From an uncultured bacterium (GTDB taxonomy: Bacteria > CSSED10-310 > CAZUFC01), in contig CAZUFC010000131.1 of NCBI GenBank assembly GCA_964619725.1, positions 1-21,458 on the forward strand: a stretch of DNA of 21,458 bases, read 5' to 3'. Positions 9,702 through 18,200 of this stretch are shown here, piece by piece. Made by a program: the position numbers and the translations under genes. The number at the start of each line of letters is the position of its first letter. Position 1 is the stretch's first letter. Below the pieces are notes generated by a model. The model worked only from the letters and a program-made list of their open reading frames with translations, had not been told where the DNA came from and did no database searches.

Positions 9702-10697
9702 GTGATAGACTTGCAAAGAAAGAAACTGTCCGGCCATAAATCCAGGGCCGGGGTCCAGGCAAGAGGGTTATTTCTGATATTGATTTTCGGGTTGCCCTTT
9801 CTGGGATTCGGCATACTGGTGATGCTTCTGGCGGGCGGGGTAATAGGAGAAAAAGCATCCGAGATTCAGGAGGCGCCGGAGTTTATTCCCGTTGCTGTAG
9901 GCGGCTTACTCGCTTTCGTCGGTTTATGCATGACGGTTTACGGGGCGAGTCTTGAAATTAAAGCCGTCACCAGAATTCTTCGCGAAAGGAAGTGTCCGGA
10001 TGAACAATGGTTTCTTGATTATCCGTGGAATCCCGAGGGCATCCGGGAGGGCGTATTTTACAAGGCCATCTGGTCAGTTCTGTTCATGATAGGGTTTTCT
10101 GTTTTCCTTCTGCCTTTTAACTGGTGGGCTTTCTTTGCCCCCGAAGGAACATCGGGAATCATAGTCCCTGTCCTCGTCGTTCTCTTCGACTTGATTTGTC
10201 TGGCCTCCTGGTATTTTACAATCGTTTTTATATTAAAAGGGGTCAAGTATGGAGGGAGTCGAATCCGATTTTCCAGTTTTCCGTTTTTTGTCGGAGAAAA
10301 TATCGATGTCTTCTTTGAAAAGGCCGGACGACTCAAAAAATTCGACAAACTTGAGGTCATACTTCGTTATATCGAAGAAGAAATAACCGTAAGAGGAGCA
10401 GGGCGCTCCCAGCGAAGAGAAATGGCAAGCTACAGCGTTTATGAGGATAAGAGGACATTAACCCCTGAAATGTCTCTCGAAGGGGAGGATTCAGAAATAA
10501 GACGGGTTCCCGCGGCCGCCGGCAGCAGCTCTCAGGAGGAATTGCACATCGTTCTTCCGATACCTCGCGGGAGCTACGGCAATGCTTTGAGCGAGTCACC
10601 GCCTTCTTACTGGGAACTGGAAATCAAGGCGGAAATGCCGGGACTGGACTATAGCTCAGCCTTCCTGCTTCCGGTGTATCAGAAGTCCCTATTCTAA
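9702..10697 (+). CDS. Hypothetical integral membrane protein (about 4 TM helices plus soluble C-terminal domain)
   Basis: 331-aa ORF with four hydrophobic segments; start codon uncertain (GTG). Confidence 0.7.
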   Translation: MIDLQRKKLSGHKSRAGVQARGLFLILIFGLPFLGFGILVMLLAGGVIGEKASEIQEAPEFIPVAVGGLLAFVGLCMTVYGASLEIKAVTRILRERKCPDEQWFLDYPWNPEGIREGVFYKAIWSVLFMIGFSVFLLPFNWWAFFAPEGTSGIIVPVLVVLFDLICLASWYFTIVFILKGVKYGGSRIRFSSFPFFVGENIDVFFEKAGRLKKFDKLEVILRYIEEEITVRGAGRSQRREMASYSVYEDKRTLTPEMSLEGEDSEIRRVPAAAGSSSQEELHIVLPIPRGSYGNALSESPPSYWELEIKAEMPGLDYSSAFLLPVYQKSLF

Positions 10698-10703
10698 TTT
10701 TTC

Positions 10704-10733
10704 TTGACATAACGTTCATTCTGCTTATAAGTT
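10704..10733 (+). promoter_or_regulatory. sigma70-like promoter upstream of the CDF gene
   Basis: TTGACA at 10704-10709, with TATAAG (16-nt spacer) or TAAGTT (18-nt spacer) as the -10 element. Confidence 0.5.
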
Positions 10734-10855
10734 GCCTTACACCGTCAGCTTCAAAATGGAGGAGAAGCGAGACGGCGTTTTTTCGTTTAGCTGGAGCGAA
10801 TAACATCGGCGCTGATCTAGCTTAAGGAGAACGCTTTTATTATTCGAATTTCCTC

Positions 10856-11449
10856 ATGGATGATTCACACGAAAAAGCCCTCATCCTGGAGTATTTCACG
10901 ATCGGATACAATCTCCTGGAAGCTCTGGCCTCGATTTTTTTTGGCCGTCTCGCAGGGTCCATCGCCCTGATCGGATTCGGATTGGACAGCATCGTCGAAA
11001 GCCTGTCGGGCTTCGTACTCGTCTGGCGCTTGAAAAAACACGGCAGAATCTCGCAAGAAGAAGAGGATCGTATTGAAAAAAAAGCTTCACGGTTCGTCGG
11101 CGCGACCTTCTTCATTCTCGGATTCTATGTACTCTTTGAATCAATCAAAAAACTCTGGTTAAAGGAAATTCCGGAACCTTCGATCCCGGGCATCGTTATC
11201 GCTTCAGTCTCCCTTACTGTGATGCCCATCCTGGCACGGGCCAAATACCGCCTGGGATAAAAATTGAACATGAAATCACTGATTGCCGACTCAAAGGAAA
11301 CTTTAGTTTGCTCCATACTCTCTTTTGCCCTGCTCCTGGGTTTGACTTTGAATTACTTTTTCGGGTTATGGGCTGCCGATCCCCTCGCAGGCCTTATCAT
11401 CGTCATTTTTTTATTCAAGGAAGGGCGCGAGTTACTGTTTGAAGAATAA
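10856..11449 (+). pseudogene. Short cation diffusion facilitator (CDF/TMEM163-like) transporter interrupted by an in-frame TAA at 11258-11260
   Basis: YNLLEA..GSIALIGFGLDSIVESLSG, PEPSIPGIVIA and, in the same frame after the stop, SLIADSKET..WAADPLAGLII. ORFs 10856-11260 and 11264-11449 are one reading frame. Confidence 0.8.
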
Positions 11450-11576
11450 AATAAACTTGAATGACTAATTCCATTCTGGTAAGTAAATCCATTGATATTG
11501 GTCGTCACTGAACGCGGCCACAGAGAAACAAATAATAAGATTCTGCTTCAAACCTTGATATTGAAAGGATAATGGG

Positions 11577-12917
11577 ATGACTAAACAGACGAAAAACGGC
11601 GCATTAACGTCGAAAGACCTGAAAAATTTTGAGAAAGATTTCAACCGGCGCCCGGAAAACCAGGCCATGATGAACGCCGTCACCCGCACCAATCTGCAGG
11701 AAGTCGCTCTCAATCGCCGCACCATTAATGAATTGAGTTTTGCTTTTTCCGACGAAGTGGAATTTGTCGGTCCCATAACCGATCAAATGCGTGCAGGAAC
11801 CTGCTGGCTTTTCGCAGAACTGAACTGGCTAAAATGGCACACCGCTAAAAAACATAAGCTGGAAAACTTCGAGTTTTCTCAAAATCAGGTCATATTCTGG
11901 AATAAACTCGAAAAAAGCAATTATTTCCTGGAAAACATCATCGAACTGAGGGATAAACCCTGGGACGACCGCAAGGTATACCACCTGCTCGATAATCCCG
12001 TTCCCGACGGCGGAGAATGGCATATGCTGGCGGACATCATCGACAAATACGGTTTAATTCCGAAAACCGCCATGCCCGATACCTGGAATCGGGAAAAATC
12101 GCCCCTGTTGAATAAAATACTGAACTATCGCCTGCGCAAAGGGGCAGCCGAACTAAGGGCCATGCATCAGGCCGGCAAACCCGTCGAAGCATTACGGGAA
12201 AAAAAGATGGAAATCATGAAGGACATCTACCGCATCAACGCCATTTTACTCGGAGAACCGCCCCATAAATTCGATTTCGTCTACAAGGACAAGGACAAAA
12301 AAATCCATGTGGATCGCAACTTGACGGGGAGAGATTTCTACGACAAGTACGTAGGAGTCGATACGAAGGATATGTTCTGCCTGATGAGCGTTCCGACTCC
12401 GGAGACGCCCTACAACCGGCCCTTATCAGCCGATTTCTTCGGTAATACTGTCGGAGGTCGCTCTCTGCTCGCAGCCAACATTCCCATGAAAGAACTGAAA
12501 TACAGGGCCCTAAGAGTACTGAGCAAAAAAGAACCCTGTCTTTTCAGCGCTGACGTGACCCAGGACTCCCACAGCAAATTAGGCCTTCTTCATACGAATT
12601 TGTACGACTTCGACCTTATTTTTGATGCTCCTTTCGATATGGACCAGCAAACCAGAATCCACACGCTGCAAACAAGGCTGACTCATTGCATGGTTTTCAT
12701 CGGCGTAGACCTGGTCGACGGGGAACCGAAAAAATGGAAAATAGAAAACAGTTGGGGAGAGCAGTTCGGCAAAAAAGGAATATTCCTGATGAGCGATGCC
12801 TGGTTCGATGAACATGTTTATGCGCTGATCATTCATAAAAAGTTCCTCACCAAAAAAATACTGGAAATTTTCGACAAAGAACCTGTAGTGTTGCCGCCGT
12901 GGCATCCCATGGTGTAA
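11577..12917 (+). CDS. pepC: Aminopeptidase C / bleomycin hydrolase (peptidase C1B)
   Basis: ITDQMRAGTCWLFA (catalytic Gln/Cys), FEFSQN, DGGEW, THCMVFIGVD (His), WKIENSWG (Asn), C-terminal LPPWHPM; 446 aa. Confidence 0.93.
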   Translation: MTKQTKNGALTSKDLKNFEKDFNRRPENQAMMNAVTRTNLQEVALNRRTINELSFAFSDEVEFVGPITDQMRAGTCWLFAELNWLKWHTAKKHKLENFEFSQNQVIFWNKLEKSNYFLENIIELRDKPWDDRKVYHLLDNPVPDGGEWHMLADIIDKYGLIPKTAMPDTWNREKSPLLNKILNYRLRKGAAELRAMHQAGKPVEALREKKMEIMKDIYRINAILLGEPPHKFDFVYKDKDKKIHVDRNLTGRDFYDKYVGVDTKDMFCLMSVPTPETPYNRPLSADFFGNTVGGRSLLAANIPMKELKYRALRVLSKKEPCLFSADVTQDSHSKLGLLHTNLYDFDLIFDAPFDMDQQTRIHTLQTRLTHCMVFIGVDLVDGEPKKWKIENSWGEQFGKKGIFLMSDAWFDEHVYALIIHKKFLTKKILEIFDKEPVVLPPWHPMV

Positions 12918-13014
12918 AGACGGCAGAACTTGTTAACTCGTTCAGGGACTGGTATTTTTTTTCCTGATTCTTCACCCGATGAAATAATTGTGACTTCGAA
13001 ACACGGATTTTTGA

Positions 13015-13860
13015 TCAACGCCGCAATTTTTGTTTGATCTCCTGCAATAAATCTTCGGCATCCTTTACATGTTCATCATTCAACTCGATAACAACACGCA
13101 ACTCCCGAACGGCAAGATCGTATTTCCCTGCCTGAAGCGCCGCCATTGCCAGGTAATATCTGTAACGAGCTTCATCGTCGTCTGATTCGACCGCTTTCTG
13201 CAGTGAATCGATCGCCTTGTCATATTCGTGCAACATGCGGTAGGTTTCACCCAGATAAAAATGTCTTCCGGCGGCCGACGGCTTCTGTCGAACGGCTTTC
13301 TCTAAATTAGGGACCGCTTTTTCCCATTTCCTGTTTTCATAAAATTCCATGCCGATATCAAACGCATCGGGAGCAGAACCGGGACAGCGCAGTACAATCA
13401 TGGTCGGCAAAGGCGCCGGGTTATACTCAATGAATTCTTCGAACGGCATCTCGGTGTCGCGATAAATCAATACCACCAGAATCAGAATCCCGCCCAGAGC
13501 CGCCGCCAGTTTCCTCCGGTAATGAAAGACCGAAAAAAAGTCTCTGAAAATTCCGCTTATACCTCCGGACTTATTCCCGCATTGAGCGTCGGGGTGCGCA
13601 TCCCCGGGAATTAAATCAGCCACATGAGGATACATAGTAGAGACATCTTCACCCAGGTCCTCCGAAACCGCCTTCATGTAAGTTCCAAGAACTTCCCGGC
13701 ACATGCGGCAGTTTTCAATGTGACGTTTCACATACCCTGTTTTCGTTTCGCTGAGACGCCCTGACAGGAAATCCATGAGCGTTTCGGAATCAAGCATGCA
13801 GAATTCCGGGTCTTTTAATAACCTCTTTATTTTTTTGTTCCTATCGGACAGGATTCCCAT
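13015..13860 (-). CDS. Putative anti-sigma factor: zf-HC2 + transmembrane helix + extracytoplasmic TPR domain
   Basis: C..ETLMDFLSGRL..HIENCRMCR (HxxxCxxC); TM LAAALGGILILVVLIY; TPR-like helices (GMEFYE..KAVPNLEKAV, HFYLGETY, YYLAMAAL); lies directly downstream of a sigma-like gene. Confidence 0.75.
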   Translation of the reverse strand: MGILSDRNKKIKRLLKDPEFCMLDSETLMDFLSGRLSETKTGYVKRHIENCRMCREVLGTYMKAVSEDLGEDVSTMYPHVADLIPGDAHPDAQCGNKSGGISGIFRDFFSVFHYRRKLAAALGGILILVVLIYRDTEMPFEEFIEYNPAPLPTMIVLRCPGSAPDAFDIGMEFYENRKWEKAVPNLEKAVRQKPSAAGRHFYLGETYRMLHEYDKAIDSLQKAVESDDDEARYRYYLAMAALQAGKYDLAVRELRVVIELNDEHVKDAEDLLQEIKQKLRR

Positions 13861-13910
13861 CGCTTCGACCTCTCATTATATTAATTGCCAGAATTTCCCG
13901 TAAGACAAAA

Positions 13911-14798
13911 TTATTCCAATCCTTTCCTCAGTTTATCGAGTATTTCCCTGACAGCTTTAGCTATAAAATATTCGGACTTGTACTCCGGATGCTCCTTTAA
14001 CAATTGTTTATAACTCATCCCCAACTTAAATTTTTCTGTGATCAGTTTTTTTTCGTTAGCCGGCAATTTATCAATCGTCCCGTTCACGGCTCGGATTATT
14101 TCTGTTTTTATTACGCTCTCTTCAGGATCGGCATTAGTTTTTTCGATTTGAGGACGATGTTCAAGCGTCATTTCTTTAAATAGCCGGTGCATCGTGTCAT
14201 CCTTTTTCGACAAACCGCCCAGTGTTTCATACAGCTTTTCCCAGCAATAATTTATTTCATTGTAGACCTTTTTTCTTTTTAATCCGAAACTCTGCGATAT
14301 CTTCTGATAATCCTCGCCTTTCAGAAATGGAATGAATATGCGCCGGCAAAGGTGCTCGATGGTCTCCGCCGCCCGAATGCATTTCTGTTTCAGTTCGTCC
14401 GGCAGAGAGGTAAAATTTTCTTTCATTCGGGCAGCAGCAGGTCTCACGATATCATATCGCCAATGCCTGAGAACTGTATTTAAGCAAACCAGGTAAAGCC
14501 TGTTGACGACACCCTCCTCAACCTCGTCTCCCTCTTTTTCGCTCCTCAACCGCTCCACCTTGTAACCGCTCTCCCCAAGCCTCAGAAATTCAGCATACGC
14601 CTCATTGGCATATTCGTCTAAAGTCTCATCATCAATATTTCCCACGCATTTTATGCTGATGCGTTTCTTCATTTTTCCCTGGTACAATCGCCAAATTTCA
14701 ACCTGCGCCCCGTGTTCGTTTCCCTCAACAGCCCTTTTGAACAGATTCAAGAGTTCTTTGTCCGAATATTTTTTTTCTTTTTTAAAATCTTCGCCCAT
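13911..14798 (-). CDS. Divergent ECF-type RNA polymerase sigma factor with two region-4-like domains
   Basis: Region-2-like SDKELL..GNEHGAQVEIWRLYQ..DEYANEAY..LYLVCLNTVLRHWR; region-4-like CRRIF..GEDYQKISQSFGLKRKKVYNEINYCWEKL; second region-4-like DPEESV..IDKLPANEKKLITEKFKLGMSYKQL..AVREILDKLR. ATG at 14798 preferred over the ORF-track start at 14837. Confidence 0.65.
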   Translation of the reverse strand: MGEDFKKEKKYSDKELLNLFKRAVEGNEHGAQVEIWRLYQGKMKKRISIKCVGNIDDETLDEYANEAYAEFLRLGESGYKVERLRSEKEGDEVEEGVVNRLYLVCLNTVLRHWRYDIVRPAAARMKENFTSLPDELKQKCIRAAETIEHLCRRIFIPFLKGEDYQKISQSFGLKRKKVYNEINYCWEKLYETLGGLSKKDDTMHRLFKEMTLEHRPQIEKTNADPEESVIKTEIIRAVNGTIDKLPANEKKLITEKFKLGMSYKQLLKEHPEYKSEYFIAKAVREILDKLRKGLE

Positions 14799-14993
14799 GA
14801 CGACTATTGCGACTTTCCGTTGAATCAATCTGCACAAAAGTCAAAATGTTATGCACAGGCAGGAACCATGCATAACATTTATCCTGATTTTCCGTTTCAG
14901 ACTATCCTAATTTTTATTTTTATTTCAAGTGCTGACATTTCGCTCTATCCCAACTGGACAGTTATTTTGACAGCCTTCCGCTTCTTCAATATC

Positions 14994-15164
14994 CAAATAA
15001 TATTGTGTTTTTATTTGCTGAAAAATTTTATTTATTTTTTCCGAGACTGAAATTCTGACAATTATAATTGGATGGAAATCATTAAAAATTCCGCGTTACG
15101 GAATGCGGAAAAATTTTCCGAGGGAAGGAGGGGGAGGCCGGAGCAATTATCACAATATTATTTG
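14994..15164. repeat. Perfect 14-bp inverted repeat pair in the divergent promoter region
   Basis: caaataatattgtg (14994-15007) and cacaatattatttg (15151-15164), 143 bp apart. Confidence 0.8.
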
Positions 15165-15232
15165 TAAAATTCGGCAAAGAATTCGGAAGGTGAAATGAGG
15201 CAACAATTTCAAGTTCTGAAAGGAGAACAATT

Positions 15233-18200
15233 TTGAAGTATGGACAATTCATTTCATTGGCAATGACGATTATATATTTTTCAATGAGTTGGTTCGGAGT
15301 GAGTCATGCGGAGGAGAAGGGTATAGTTGAGATTCATCATATCGACGTGGGTTATGGTGATGCGGTATTGATCAAATCTCCGACGGGCGAATCGCTTCTG
15401 TATGACGCAGGCGGCCGTGGAAAGGGTTATACGGAGGTATTGTCATATTTGATAAGGCAGGGCATAGACGGAGCGAATGACGCTCTGGATTATATGGTAA
15501 TCAGTCATTATGAGCCGGAGCAGTACGGCGGCATTCAGGAAGTGATTTTCGGCCTGGACCGCGAGCCGGGCGACATGCATTATAACGACGATTTGAGGCC
15601 GGAGATAGCGATATATGATCGCGGTTGGTCCGGTTGCGGGATTGATTATGAGAATTATCTAAGGGCTGCCGGGGATATGCGTCAGACGCTTCAGCCCGGT
15701 GAGATATTCTCGATGGGACCTGTTACAGTTGAATGTGTAGCCGTGAACGGCATCATTGACGGAGTCGACTATCGACCGGGCGACAAGATTTCCGAGGAAT
15801 GCGGAGGTCCGGCCGGATACAGGGAGAATGATTTTTCGATAGCGCTTCTGGTTGAGTATGGCGAATTTCGTTATTTGGTCACCGGCGATCTGCCCATGGA
15901 ATTCGAGGCGGCTTTAGGCGATTATCTTGAGACTGTGGACGTTTATCGAGCCGGAGAACGAGGCGGTTCGTCATGTTCTTCACAGCATTTCATAGGTGAG
16001 ATAAATCCGTCGCTCTCCGTCATTTCATCGGGTCGTAACGCTTTCGGTAATCCTCAGACAGAGATATTAAGTCGTCTGGGCCAACAGGGAGAACTTTACC
16101 AGACGCATGTTGACGGAGATGTGATCATAAAAAGCAACAGCGTCGATTTCTGGAAGGAAGATATACCGGAGCCGGAGGGTAAGGTGAACGTTTATTTCGA
16201 TCATGACGTCGATCATGAATACATCATGTACGGCGGTATTCCTGCGACCTGGGAAGTCAACATCCAGGAAAAATTTCTGGAAAGAATAGAAGAGGCGGAC
16301 GAGAGCATCCTGATATGCATGACGCATCTGAATCGGTCTGATGCGACGCCGATATGCCAGGCGCTTGCGGATAAAGCAAATGCTATGGGAGGGATTGATA
16401 TCAGGGTAATGATAGATTACAGTATGGACAATGAAAATAATTTTAATTTAAATATGTTGAGAGACGCCGGCATACCGGTACAGAACAACGGAGAAAACGA
16501 ATATGACTATTCCATGCATATCAAAGGAGCATCTTTCGATGCCGGCGGCAGTTCAACAGAGGACGATCGGCTTTGGATAGCTTCACTTCACCGTTTTCGT
16601 ACCACTTATTACCATAAAATGGCAGCGATTTATCTTGATATTGGAAATGCGGAACTTGCGGCGGCATTCGTTGAAGAATTCGAAGTGATGTGGGATGACG
16701 ACGGACCCGACGGCCATGAGGATGAACCCTGCTGTTTAACCTGTAAAAAATTCGAGTATCCGTCTCGAATAGATTTTATAGTGGACGACAAGCCGTGGAC
16801 TTTTATCCCGGCGGCACGTCGAATATTAGATGAGGATTTCAATCGTCACAGGACATCAATGTGGGAGACGGTCAAACTGGCTGATATGACTTATCCCCGG
16901 TTCGGCAGTTTTGATGGCGGCTTTGGGTATTATTCTGATTATACTTGTCACGCCAATCACGAGTTTCTGATTATGACGATGCAATTGAGTTTTCTTTCGA
17001 AGAGCACATGCTATTTCCACTACTTTTCCCCGTTTGATCTTTACGAAGCATTGGAACGTAGAAGGTTGCAATCCGGTATAGACATCAAGGGCAAGCTTTA
17101 TAAATCTTCTTATGAATATCCTCCTCATTGGCCGGCCTGGCCTGAAGTCGTTCATCAGGGCGATATCAGCACGCATGAGCATTACGGGATATTCGACGGA
17201 CTTCATTACGATTCGGCCCCTGCTGTTGCATTCGGTTCGCGACGTTGGACGCGCCTGAGTGAGGAGCATCACGATGAAGTATCATTAATCAGTTGGGACC
17301 CGATGATAGTGAATCAATTCGTCCAGGAATTCGCTGCGCGTTATGCGGAAAATTACGGCGTTCTGGAAAATCCCAAGCCTGTAATCGATTCAATCATTCC
17401 CGGCTATGCATTCCCGGAAGAAACGACTCCAGTAATGATTTACGGTTCAAATTTCGATGTAAATGACCGTTTAGCCGTTAAGATAGGAGAACGTTTTTGC
17501 GGCGTGAACCTGGAAACTTCGAGGTCCTGGGCTATTGATGCCGTAATTCCCGAAGGTTTGGAACCCGGCGATTATACTGTTGAAGTAGTCAATTCCAGCG
17601 GGTGGCACGCTGAATACGCCATTCAGATTCTCGAAAACGGGGCTCAGACGCCGACTGCGCCTCCCACGCCCGAACAAACAACCACACCGACTCCGACCCA
17701 GGTTCCTCCGCCGACAGATACGCCCTTGCCGACTTTCACTCCAGCAAGCGTCATAGTAATTAATGAGATATATTTCGACGATCCTGGAGTGGACGATCAC
17801 AGTTTCGTCGAACTGTACGGCCCACCAGGCGCATCCCTTAACGGATACACGATCACGCCCGCCAACCAGGACGGTTGCGAAATATGCAACATCCGTCTCG
17901 ACGGTTACTCTATACCGCAGGACGGCTTCTTTGTTGCGAGCATGAGCGGATTGATCAACGCCGACCTGATCAACGACACATGTCTTCCGTTACTGCCGAA
18001 CGGACCCTGCGACAGCGTCTGGCTTCTTTACAATGATGTTATCGTGGATGCCGTCCAATATGGTCCCCCTGAAGAGTGTTCCCATTTTTACGGAGAGGGT
18101 CAGCCGGCTGCCGAACCCATCGGCTACAACAGCATTTCGCGTATTGCAGACGGATGGGACACGGACAACAACTACGACGATTTCTGCGAAAGTGAGTTGA

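Noticed and set aside
11258-11260. Stop-codon recoding (Sec/Pyl or alternative code)
   Set aside because: The codon is TAA, which terminates other genes in this window.
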